A stretch of DNA of 64,000 nucleotides. It comes from Carcharhinus longimanus. Its lineage: Eukaryota. The notes under the pieces were generated by a model that saw only the letters and a list, made by a program, of their open reading frames with translations, was not told where the DNA came from and searched no databases. The position numbers and the translations under genes are program-made. This document shows, in pieces, positions 24,471 to 36,029 of the stretch (its first letter is position 1; every line of letters starts with the position of its first letter). The DNA is taken from contig JASCQW010000061.1 in the NCBI GenBank assembly GCA_030264375.1, positions 106,416,995-106,480,994 on the forward strand, given 5' to 3'.

Positions 24471-25330
24471 GGCCGGAATTTTAACACATTTAGCCTCAGT
24501 GTCAGATGGGCGTGGAACTGGGCAAGTTCCAGATTTTTAGGCACCCCCATATGCACTCTGGCTGCAAAACTTTGAGCTAGTAACAGAAGCCGGTGCGCAG
24601 GGCTTAACAGCCTGAAAGCCCGTAGATGGAGGTAGTGTGCATGTGCAGACTTCTGTTGCTGCATACGCTCATTAGCAGGGGTCTGACAGACAAAGAATAC
24701 TGTCAGGCCCCTGCTACTACAGGCTGCCTCAAGCCCCCCTCCACAATGCACCCCCCCCCCACACCCCCAAGCAATTGCAGGCTTCCTCGGCTTGAGATGG
24801 AGCCCCCACTGCCCAGACTGATCACAAACCCCTTCCCCTCCCAACCAATCGCTACAGAGTGGCAGCAGAGATACCTCCCTCCCACCTCCACCTGTCACGT
24901 AGAGTAGCAGCGGGCCTTCTTCCCTCATTAGCCCCACCTCCACTATCCCCATCTCCCAGTGTCCCCACCCCCTGGCCTTGGCTCCGCCCCAACACTGCCC
25001 AATCTGGCACTGCCCATGGGGCACCCCCGCCTTTCCAGGGGGCCTTAATGGTCTCCTGATGCTGTCCACCAACGAGGCCAAAACATCTGCTCCCCGTTCA
25101 TGGGGAGCATGTCAATTCCTCGCCAGAGTGAACCCTTCCCGGTGAGGCTAATCCAGATGTTAAACAATATTTCCATCATTTCTAAATAAATTATTTAGCT
25201 TCTCATCCATTTCTAGCGAGAGGCTGACTCCACCGGAAATCCTGGGATCATAAAATGGTGCCGGTTTTCATGCCACTCGCTTTATACCCCACTTCACGAT
25301 CACATCGGATGGAGTCATAAAATACCGTCC
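24471..25330. mobile_element. Harbinger-type MITE
   Basis: TIR ggccggaatttta versus reverse complement of the right end ggacggtatttta. Confidence 0.7.
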
Positions 25331-25614
25331 GACAAATGATGTTTACAGGTGACGTACAGCTACTGACTGAGTATCAGGAGAAAACCACGAGAAGACAGAA
25401 TATAAAGATCAGTACACTAAAGACCCAATTTATGGACCATCAGTCTGAACCTAAGGAAGAGGATCAGAATGAATGTGTAAAGATTATCAAGGATGACTTG
25501 GAGAAACTGAATAGACTCAAGTATCCGGGTTCACTGGTGGCAGAAGAAGGAAGAATGGGAATGAAATTAAGTCATGCATTAGCTCTGGTAGGAATAACCA
25601 GAAGAACTGCAATG

Positions 25615-25952
25615 AATCATAGAAACATTGAATTCCCACGATGCAGAAGGAGGCCATTCAGCCAATCAAGCCTGCACCGACAACAATCCCACCCAGGCCT
25701 TATTCCCTTAACGCCAGATATTTACCCTGCTAATTCCCCTGACACAAGGGGGGAATTTACCATGGCCAATCCAACTCATCTGAACATTTTTGGATTGTGG
25801 GAGGAAGCTGGAGCAGTGGAAGCAAACCCACGCAAACACAGTGTTATAGTGATAGGGCAGAGGGAAGGGCCTGGGTCAGATTCTATTTTGGACAGTCAGT
25901 GCAGACTTAATGGACCAAATGGCTTCTTCCTGCACTGTAGGAATTCTATGGT
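25615..25952. mobile_element. HE1 SINE fragment (-) followed by HE1 tail (+)
   Basis: tgcagaaggaggccattcagccaatc... then ...ctgcactgtaggaattctatgg. Confidence 0.7.
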
Positions 25953-25954
25953 TA

Positions 25955-27705
25955 TAATAAGGACAGACAGGAAGGATGGGTTGTTGCAGTAGCTTTGTTG
26001 GTATGAGATAGAATAAGTATGATAGCAAGAAATTATCTTGATTAGAAGATGTAGAATCCATTTGGGTGGAGGTAAGAAATAACAAAGGGAAGAAGACACT
26101 GGTGGGAGTAACCTATCAGTCCCCTAATAGTAGCTATACTTTAAATGGAGAATAAATCATGAGATAATCCTTTCTTGTCAGACGTTGAGGGGACGCTCAA
26201 TCTACTTCATGAAAAAACAGATAATGTAAAAAAGGCAGTACTTTAATCATGGAGGACCTTAATCTTCATGTGAATTGGCAAAATCAAATTGGCAGGGGTA
26301 GCCATTAGGAAGAATTCATAGAGTGTGTTTGAGACAGTTTCCTAGAACAATATGTTGTGGATTCAACCAGGGATCAGCTATTTTGGATTTTGTAATGTGC
26401 AATGAGGCAGGTTTAATAAACATTCTGAATAAAAGATCCACGAGGAAACAATGACCGTAAGGTGGTAGAATTTAGCATTCAGTTTGAGAATGAGAAATTT
26501 GGGTTGGGAAAAACTGTGCCAAATTTAAATGAGGATAATCATAAAGGAATGAAGGCAGAGTTGGCTGGAGTGGACTGGGAAGCAAGTTTAGCAGAAAAGA
26601 CAGTTGATCAACAATGGCAAATATTTACGAAAATAGTTCATGACTCACAACAAAGCTATATCTCAGTGAGGAAGAAGGATTCTAGCAACAGGTAAATCAA
26701 CCAAAATCTTATGAGGAAAGATTGAATAGGTTAGCCTGTACTCACACTGAAGTTTAGAAGAATGAGAGGCAACCTTATTGAGATCCCTTCTTCAGGGGGC
26801 TTGACAAGGTAGATGCTGAAAGGTTGTTTGTCCTTGTTGGAGATCCTGGGATCAGAGGGCACAATCTTAGAGTAAAGTCACCCGTTTAAGACAGATGAGT
26901 AGAAATTTGTTCCCTCAGTGAATCTGTGGAATTCCTTAACTGCAGACGGTTGTCGAGGCTGTTAGGTATGTTCGAGGCCAAGATAGACAGATCAGTAAGG
27001 GAATCAAGGATTATAGGAATAAGGTAGGAAAATGGAGTTGAGAAATTAATATCAGATCACTCATGATCTTATTGAACGGAGGAGAAGGTTCAATGACTGA
27101 AAGTCCTACTTCTGTTCCTATGTCTAATGGCAAATTATGCAAACCTTTCAAGTTCTGTTTAAGCCACAACGAGAGTATTGTGTCAAGTTCTGGCCACCAC
27201 ACCTAGAAAGGTTGTGAGAGTCTTGAAAAGGTATAGAAGCGATTTACCAGACAGGTTTCAAGGATGAAGGTTTTTAGCCATAACAGAAGGAAAGCTTGTG
27301 CTCTGTGGATCAAAGGACGTTGAAGGGAGGACTGACAGAGGTCAATTTTATGACAGGTTTAGATAAGGTAGACAGAATAAAAGCTATTTCCATTAGTAAG
27401 GACTAGAGGATACTGATTTAAGGATTTAGACAAGAGTTACAGTGGGATGTAAGAAATAACTTTTTTATGCAGCAAGTGGTAATTACCTGGAACTTGCTGC
27501 TATGAGGTTGGTGAAAATGGAGCTGATCTATAAATGATTTCAAAAGGAAAATGGATTGGCACTTGAGGGAGATTAACTTGAGGGAGATCAACCAGAGCAA
27601 TGAAGAAAGAGCGGGGAATGGGACTAACTGGATTGGGCTACAGAGAATCGCCATAAACTCAATGAGCTAAATGGCCTCATCCTCTGCTATAGTGATTCTA
27701 TGGTA
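25955..27705 (+). mobile_element. CR1 LINE remnants (endonuclease, internal deletion, two 3' ends)
   Basis: VESIWVEVRNNKG, IMEDLNLH, GMKAELAGVDW; 3' ends cctacttctgttcctatgtct (~27120) and ctatagtgattctatgg (~27700). Confidence 0.85.
26169..26218 (+). mobile_element. ~50-bp micro-element, copy 2
   Basis: Flanked by AGATAAT at 26162-26168 and 26219-26225, inside a CR1 endonuclease region. Confidence 0.75.
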
Positions 27706-28736
27706 ATTCAGCAGATTTTTCCTTGGTAAATTGTGGTGATGAATTCATATATGTGGACAAAATATTTTGGCATCTTAAATTAAAGGGGATAACAAATGTA
27801 AGTTCAAGCAAATAAGAAAATAAAAACCAAGAGAGAAAACTAAAGTAAAATAGGAAGAAACTGATTCAAAACATTTAGATCAATAATTGGAAAGGAAAAA
27901 TGAGACAAAAAGAGAAAAGTGCATCAGAGAGACCTACTAATGATGTATGTAGCAAGGAAAATGCCTTACAAAATTGTCTCCGTTTTAACATTTCTTCATT
28001 TTAGATGCTACTTGCTAACATTGACACCCCAAGCCAACACCTCACATGCAAATATAAATTCTGTTTTGAGTATAGACTGTCTACAATCTGTGTTAATGGA
28101 AGATATGTTTTTCAGTGATCGCCACCTTCTTTTCTTTAATATTTAGTCCAATCCTGACAATCAATCATTTAACGTAAAATAGTTTGCATGTCAGGATTTC
28201 TACAGACTATTTAAAAATGTGTACATCCGATATTAATTTGTGGTATTTGCCCTTAAGCCCATCTAATTAGTCATATTACAACACAATCTCAATTTAAATT
28301 ATTATGGATGCTATAATCTTTTACAAGCTTCAACCAGTGTATTAAATAACCAGAAACAAGAAAAAATGCATTTTATTGGTCCAAGCATACCTGTTCTAAT
28401 ATTCTATCTCATACAAAAAGTCTGTACTGCTCAGGTGAATATGGAATGTTTTAGTATGGGCTGCGCATTTTGGATGTAAAATAGACTTCATAGGGCCCAA
28501 TTTCAAAGATCAACGCCTGCATGCAAGGATGTAGGCAGCACACCTGAGCTGAAATTCGGTAGGGTCATTCTTCAGCAGTCCCTGATGGTTTACATCTCTC
28601 TATAAATGGGGGAACAAACACCTGTTTTAGGCCCCATTCCAGAAAGTGCTCCATGGTGAATGACAGAAATAGAATTAGAGGCCTGAAAGGGGAAATATTA
28701 ACTGAATCTAGAAAGCGATTTAAACGAAAAAAAAAG

Positions 28737-29106
28737 GTGCTCCAGTTTCCTCCCACAGTCCAAAGATGTGTGGGTGAGGTTGATTGGCCATGCTAAAATT
28801 GCCCCTTAGAGTCCTGAGATACGTAGGTTAGCGGGTAAAATAAATAGGGCTATAGGGGTGGGGCCTGGATAAGATTGTGGTCGCTGCAGACTTGATGGGC
28901 TGAATGGCTCTTCCTGCGCTGTAGGATTTCTATGATTCTGTGGTGTGCTGGTTAGGTGGGTTGGCCATACTAAATTGTCCCTTAGTGTCAGGGGGATTAG
29001 CAGGGCAAATATGTGGGATTATAGGGATACAGCAGGGGTGCTCTGCCGGAGAGTCTGTGTAGACACAATGGGCCGAATGGCCTTCCCCTGTACTGTAGAG
29101 TTTCTA
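28737..29106 (+). mobile_element. 5'-truncated HE1 SINE with duplicated 3' half
   Basis: ggccatgctaaaattgcccctta and ggccatactaaattgtccctta, each followed by a tail. Confidence 0.85.
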
Positions 29107-29156
29107 ACATTATACTGAGTTTCTCATTTTGTTTTAAGTTGCACCACTGCTTGCGA

Positions 29157-29170
29157 ACACTAGATGGCAG
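29157..29170 (+). promoter_or_regulatory. Candidate CTCF site
   Basis: ACACTAGATGGCAG, one mismatch from core CCACYAGRKGGCRS. Confidence 0.35.
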
Positions 29171-29199
29171 ACTTTACTGCAAATTCCACAAAAGCTGTA

Positions 29200-30174
29200 A
29201 CTTTGATTTGATTTGTTACTGTCACATGTACTAATATACAGTGAAAAGTCTTGTTTCTTTCATGCTATACAGACAAAGCATACCATTCATAGAGAAGGAA
29301 AGGAGAGGGTGCGGAAGGTAATGTTACAGTCATAGCTAAGGTGTAGAGAAATAACCGTTCAAAAATCTGACGGCAGCAGGGAAGAAGCTGTTTTTAAGTC
29401 AGTTGTTACGTGATCTCAGATCATCTTTTTCATGATTGAAGAAGGTGGAAGAGAGAATGTCTGGGGTACGTGGAATCCTTAATTATGCTGCCTACTTTGC
29501 TGAGGCAGTGAGAAGTGGGAAGCTGGTTTGAGTGATGGACTGGGCTTCATTTACAACCTTTTGTAATTTCTTGCTGTCTTGCTCAGAGCAATAGCCATCC
29601 CAAGCTGCGATACAACCAGAAAGAATGCTTTCTATGATGCATCTGTAAAAATTGGTAAGCGTCGTGGCGGACATGCCAAATTCGCTTAGCCTCCTGAGAA
29701 AGGAATTGATTTGTGCCATAACTAATCTTTTGAAACACTTCATAATAATGGATGTCAGAGCCACTGGACGATAGTCATTAAGGCATGCTGCCTGGCCTTT
29801 CTTTGGTACCAGGATGATGGTCATCTTGAAGCAGGTGGGGACCTCAGATTAGTGTAAACTGAAGCTAAAGATGTCTGTGAATAGACCCGCCAGCTGGGTG
29901 TTTGACCGGGTACTCCATCTGGGCCAGCTGCTTTCCATGGGTTGACGTTTTAGAAGGTTGCTCTGATATCTGCAATGGTGACCCCAGATTCAGGTTCATC
30001 CAGGCTTCCAGGGTGGAGGGCATGCTCTCGCTCACCTCTTGCTCAAAGCGGGCATAGCATGTGTTGAGCTCATCAGGAAGGGGTGCGTTGGAGCTGGTGA
30101 TTTTAACTATCTTCATCTTGTAGCCTGTTATGTCTTGTAGACCTTGTCATAGTTGGCGGAGTCTGTGTTATTAG
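29200..30174 (-). mobile_element. Rex1/Babar LINE with internal deletion
   Basis: LVPKK...[21 protein letters not shown]; [18 protein letters not shown]; (ATCAA)n tail seen as tttgatttgatttg. Confidence 0.85.
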
Positions 30175-30274
30175 NNNNNNNNNNNNNNNNNNNNNNNNNN
30201 NNNNNNNNNNNNNNNNNNNNNNNNNNNNNNNNNNNNNNNNNNNNNNNNNNNNNNNNNNNNNNNNNNNNNNNNNN

Positions 30275-30398
30275 ATGATCTTATTGAATGGCGGGGCAGG
30301 CTCGAAGGGCCAGATGGCCTACTCCTGCTCCTATTTCTTATGTTCTTAGACTCAATGGGCTGAAGGGCCTCTTTCTGCACTGTAGGATTCTATGATTC
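30275..30398 (+). mobile_element. CR1 3' end followed by SINE tail
   Basis: gaatggcggggcaggctcgaagggccagatggcctactcctgctcc. Confidence 0.85.
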
Positions 30399-31554
30399 CA
30401 GTAACTATTTTCAGAGAAACTTAAGAAGCTAAAATATATTTCTAAATTCACACAAGGTGGCCATTGTTTTCACCAACTTTTTCTGCCATTTTTCTCCTCT
30501 TCTCTCTTACGCTTCCTGAAGGCATTGTCTCCTTACTGTAATATTATTAAAGGATGTCAATGAATGTTTCTTCTTAATGACATGGGTATATGGCCAAATA
30601 GCAAGCTAGAATTTAGTGCTCAGGGGACAGACATGTGCACAAGAAATGGGCTTGTGTAACTAATAATATTCTTAAAAGGATCACATGGTGCATGAAATGG
30701 GCCACACAAAGCAAACGGACAGCAAATATTAGAAAGAACACTGGTATCGATCACCCACGTAGTCACCTCAAATGTGCACCTAAAAGACTGTCAATCAGCT
30801 ACCGAATTGAAAGGGGCACCAAGCTGCTCTGGATTTTGTACATGTCTGTAGATGATCATCAAAAACGGGAATCCAAACTGAGCAATGCTTAGACCAAATA
30901 CAGTGCCCTCTATAATCAAATTTGATCAGTTTCAGCGAGATAGGACTGACTGGGTAGTGAATCTGGTCTTAATGGATTGATTACTAATTTGATTAAGCAG
31001 TTGTCTGATCAGGAGAACGAAAGTTGAAACTAAATTCTAAAAATCTGAAACGCATAAGAAAAAAGGTTGCATTTTTATGGTTCATTAGAATTGGCATTGC
31101 ACCATTAATATGTAGCGTAAAGCTGGCCAGAAAAAAAGATTTGCTGCATTCTGGGGGATCTGATGTATTCTGTTAATGAGAAACAGCATCCCTGACTTGC
31201 TAACCGATCCAGACCTTACTGATATAGACTTGGGCTGTTTATTAATAATGAATTTGAATGTTCACATGTGGAATGTTATCAGCNNNNNNNNNNNNNNNNN
31301 NNNNNNNNNNNNNNNNNNNNNNNNNNNNNNNNNNNNNNNNNNNNNNNNNNNNNNNNNNNNNNNNNNNNNNNNNNNNNNNNNNNNNNNNNNNNNNNNNNNN
31401 NNNNNNNNNNNNNNNNNNNNNNNTTCTGAGATGAGGCTCCAAGGTGCTTTACGGAGATTAAGAACGAGAGAGTGCAAGCTTATTTTATCATTTAAAGTCT
31501 GGAAAGAATCCAAGGAGTTTTTTTTTTGTCTTGTTGTTGTAATTAAAAAGCCTT

Positions 31555-31668
31555 TTAGCCAACAGTATATGCATTGAAAAATGAATATTCAGTGGAGGAG
31601 TGTGCATACAGTGGAGTATTGGAATCCTCTCCCTTTGGTTTTGTATCCTTCACCTCATCCAAAATCAT
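31555..31668 (-). CDS. Candidate terminal coding exon, unknown product
   Basis: Acceptor ttttcctgctctatcag; only phase 0 is open: MILDEVKDTKPKGEDSNTPLYAHSSTEYSFFNAYTVG*. Confidence 0.2.
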   Translation of the reverse strand: MILDEVKDTKPKGEDSNTPLYAHSSTEYSFFNAYTVG

Positions 31669-33329
31669 CTGATAGAGCAGGAAAATGCACATATTTATAA
31701 AATGCAAAAAACTATTACAAAAAACTGCAGCTGTAACTGCACATAAAAAAGTAAATTTAATTCGGTGCATATTTTTTCATGTAAAATATTGTTCCAAATG
31801 ATTATTTTGACTACCTTGATGATAAATGTAGTTAATCAATTTTCAAGTGATATTCCAATATGAGAAACTTTTAAAATATGAGAATTCCACGGGAGAGAAG
31901 GCATTAAAGCGGATTAACACTATCATGCAGAGAAATATGCTAATGTTGTCCTTATGCTTTTTAGATTTCTTACGGCAGAGCATCCTGCTCCCAACTAGAA
32001 CATACAGCCTAGTTGGAAGCGTCAGAGTGCTTGTTTGGGACAATGGGCTGAGAGGGAGTAGAGGTCAAATGTCTTAGTCCTTATCTAGGCAGCAATATTA
32101 CAACTTTGATCATCCTAATTGGATGAATGCACCTGGTCAAGCATTGAAAAGCATGGACAGTAAAAAATTCATGGTCTGAATCATTTTTCTCTGTTTCTTG
32201 GATGATGGGGATAGGTTTTCATACAAAACAAATACAAAATGAAAGATAAATACATGTTGCAGTAAAGACTGACTTGGCTGCAGCAGTCAAGATGCAACAT
32301 GACAGATGCCTTGTTTGGTAGAAGATAAAGGGTTATGAATTTAGATTGGAGAGAGAGAAATGGTCAGTACAGGTTCTGAACAAATGATGCAGTGTGGGTG
32401 ATTTAGAATTATAGGCTAAGTGTTTTGTTTTGAACTGGTGTTCCTAAAAAATAAATTATGGCTATGGAGCACCTCAGAGATCAGGGAGATCCTCAGTTGG
32501 AGAACTGAACCTATCCACTTTTGGGCTAACTTTCCATCTTTGCAATTCTATTTGGGAATCAGTATTCATAATCAGAAACTTGAAGGCACAATGCATGTAA
32601 CTTTCCAACCATTTAAATGATCACTGGGGACCAAAAGATACTGATCACATAGTTATCCTCAAAGTTGCAGGACTAAAACCAAAGGGGCCTACAGGTGTCC
32701 TGATTTTTCTGCACCTATCATTGCTGTCAAGCAGGTGACAGCAGGTGGGTCATAGCCAGCAAATGGGGTCATAGTGTGGTGGACCATTAAGTGGTCCAAA
32801 TAGGAAATTCAGGTGTCACTACTCCTTTGTTGAGCCTGGGTAGGGTAGTGATGTTGGGGAGCTGGGGTGGGTGGTGCAAGTAAATGTAGATGGATCAGTT
32901 CAGAGTATTGGTTCCATGTGCATTTGTATTAGACTCCCATATCCGTGATGAGACATTCTTAGGATTGAGACTGCCAAGTTAATGTTGAATTTATGGACTT
33001 GTCCATTAGAAAATTAATGAGACAGATTAATTTTATTTACTATAATCCCTTTTAGCCAGATTTTTATCAAATTTATATGTGCTATTTGCAAACTGAAGTT
33101 CCATAGAAAAGAGTGACCTAACTCACTAAGCTGGCCAAAGTATTACTGACTCCTAAAAGCTCTTAGGCTTTTATTATTTTGCTTCATTGTAGACTGAGCA
33201 TTAAAAATTACTAGAGCTATTTTAACTTTTAAAATAGCAATTTTTGTTTTTAAAAGCATCATTTTTGTTTTAGGATACTGTAATGATAATTACGTCATGA
33301 TAGCAAAACAATTGGAGCAATCCATGCTG

Positions 33330-34250
33330 GTCTATCCAGCAGATTGCGGACAGCAATCATCCCACACTAACGATGAGATTTTCTGGCTGTGCTCGCCCCA
33401 AGACCAAAAAATCTTGCCCAAGGTCAAGGGAACTTTGCATGATCCTGTCCCACCCATTACAATTCCCATGGTGGGCAGGATGGGAAAATTCTGCCCTAAG
33501 TCACTTTTGGGAGAGTGCTGAATTGTGCACCAATTCTGGGAGGGATGGGACCTAAACATGCTGGTGAACCTGGCTGCAAAGCGATCGGGTGCCATTTTGG
33601 AAGGTACCCTAATCTCAACAGTACACAGGGGAACATGTCCCCTCTCTCCCCACCAGCAACATGTTTCCCCATCCCCTCTCTGACACAGATCACCAGCAAT
33701 GCCAGCCCTTCATGACCCTCAATATGCTACCCTTCATGATCCACTCCTTTACAACTCCCCTCACGTCTCCCCCTGCACAGCCCCCCGTCTTAGCCCCACT
33801 CAAGTCCTACCCCCTTGGCACTGCTCTGGCACACTGGCAGTGCTCAGCTAACACTGTCAGGGTGCCAGGTGGGCACTGCCATGTGAGAACTGCCAGCCAT
33901 GTCCTTGACCATCTAGGGGCTTCAATGGCTTCTGAGCCTTTTGGCTTGGCCATCATGCTTGGTTCTGCTAGTGGAGACCAGTACTGATTCTCACTGGTCT
34001 CAGATCATACCTAAAGGTCAGAAGGCCCCAGCAATTGGGAGAATCCAGTATTGAACAGACTATGCATATTTAAATACTATTTTGAATATGCTAATGAGCC
34101 TCACGCCCATCCAGTTTGCACCATTAGAAAGGGACTGGGACAATCGCAAATCATTTGGTACCAGGTGCAAAACCAACATTTCAGCCCGCACACTATTTTC
34201 CAGGATCACCATGATCGGTGCCAGGCGCAGTGAGATTGGCAAATCGCTCC
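33330..34250. mobile_element. Harbinger-type MITE(s), with short MITE 33373-33497
   Basis: tggca/tgcca-rich body; ggaaaattctgcc end; similarity to 3830-3945. Confidence 0.5.
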
Positions 34251-34849
34251 AATATTTGAGGTCTCACTGATTGGGTTAATTTTCTGAGATTAAACTACTT
34301 GCCTGGCCATGGTGCATAACTGGGAAATCAGGAACTCATTGCCAGTAATTTTCCATTATGCACTTCCAGTGGTGAAGTCACCCAGTGCCTTAAAATCATA
34401 AAATTGCATTTTAAAAATATGCAGGTAGTCCAATTCCAATTTTTTAAATAAAAAATGATCTTCCTATCAGCACACTTAAATGCTCACTATGTATTGTGAA
34501 ACTTTTGAACAACTCTTGTTGTTTGAACAACATGTGAAACTTTTGAACAATTCAACAACAAATAGTGTGAGGGAGGTGTTGTCTAAGGTGAACTGGGTAA
34601 ACAAGCCAAAATGGCATACAAAACAGCACACAATTCACTCTAAGAAGTAAAATGTATCCATATGTCAATGCTTCATCAAAGAATGATGCTGTTTTAAGCT
34701 AAATATCAGCTTTAAGAAATTGACTTCTAGAGGCAAGGCCAATGGGTTAGTCATGCACCGTTCTTATATGGGTGAGATGAACATTCAGGGTGGAGCTTGT
34801 CTTAAGAACATGATTTATATTAACTTAATATTGGAATGAAACTAACATT

Positions 34850-35025
34850 GAACATAGAACATAGAACATTACAGCGCAGAACAGGCCCTTCAGCCCACGA
34901 TGTTGCGCCGACCAGTTAAAAAACANNNNNNNNNNNNNNNNNNNNNCAGCAGTGGCCCCAAAACAGATCCCTGAGGCACACCACTCGTAACTGAACTCCA
35001 TGTCGAATACTTACCATCAACCAAC
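34850..35025 (-). mobile_element. CR1 3' tail and RT fragment
   Basis: gaacatagaacatagaacattacagcgcagaacaggcccttc; gatccctgaggcacacc (rc GVPQGS). Confidence 0.85.
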
Positions 35026-36029
35026 CATTGGCTTCAACATCTGATTTCCTAACTCACACGTGCCCCAAATTGGAGCTCAGATCAATAAAGTTGGATTTTC
35101 TAATTTCTTACAATCTATAAACTGTTATTGATGATGTCCCTGTAAAAAGTTATTTGCATATTACTGCAGTAATGCATTTATGGAGAATCCTACATCTAAC
35201 ATCCTACATCTAAATCAGGTTTACGGAGATCATGGTGTGGTTCATTTGGAATTCATGAAATTGACCTAAAAGTGACAAGCAGATCATTGAAAAGGATTGT
35301 CACAGTTAACTTAAGGAAATTTGCATGTTTTAATAAATAAGGAGAATTTACATTTCAGAAAAACAGCTTCTAAATTGCTAACAATTCGTTTATTCAACTG
35401 TGTGGAGTACATTCACCTGTTTATTTGAAAATTTACATTGGGGTAGGCTGCACATTCAAATACTCTCTCTACTCCACAAAAGCCAATAATTTATGAACTC
35501 GTTCTGCATGACCTATACGTGTGTCAGTATCTACGCTCATCTACTATATCAGAGTGGAAATTAATAATTCACTCTTATATGCTACGTGGCTTGTGCTTGT
35601 CTCAGGCTCATGATCGCACCTCCACAATCACAAACTCTGCTCTTGGGAGTCATCTTGCTGTGGGTTGAGCAGATTGTAGATTGGCTGATGTTATACTGGC
35701 TTGATTCTGGTTAGTTGCTCTTGGGTAGGCAGTTTGACAATTCTATTTAAATGAGACCCAGGGCTCAAAATGGCTCCTGGTCCTTCATATCCAACAATCG
35801 CAGATGGGTTTTTGTCAAATGTTTTACAGCAGAGATCAACAATTTCAACTTGTAACCTCAGTCCTCATTTTGTTTCCTTTTTAAGTTTTGGTTCTTCGTT
35901 TGTTTTTCTCTTTCGTTTTTGGATGTCATTCAGATCTCTGTTAGATGCTTCTTTTGCTTCTTAGCTTGTCCCAACACCACTCTTTGCACTTGCACCAAGT
36001 TTTGCAATTTAGGATGGGATTTTCACAGT

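Noticed and set aside
24467-25081. 204-aa Gly-rich ORF, and similar Pro/Gly-rich ORFs at 16197-17078 and 33496-33987
   Set aside because: They lie in GC-skewed MITE bodies; low complexity, no recognisable domain
25336-25992. Longest ORF (218 aa)
   Set aside because: Chance read-through of a CR1 remnant, an antisense HE1 SINE and a SINE tail
31964-32077. Acceptor followed by VRVLVWDNG (cadherin-like)
   Set aside because: No good donor before the stop and no other cadherin motifs nearby
34495-34550. 18-bp direct repeat tgtgaaacttttgaacaa with 20-bp spacer; also tandem duplications at ~35187-35213 and ~62732-62790
   Set aside because: Only two units each in a vertebrate genome; simple local duplications, not CRISPR-like arrays
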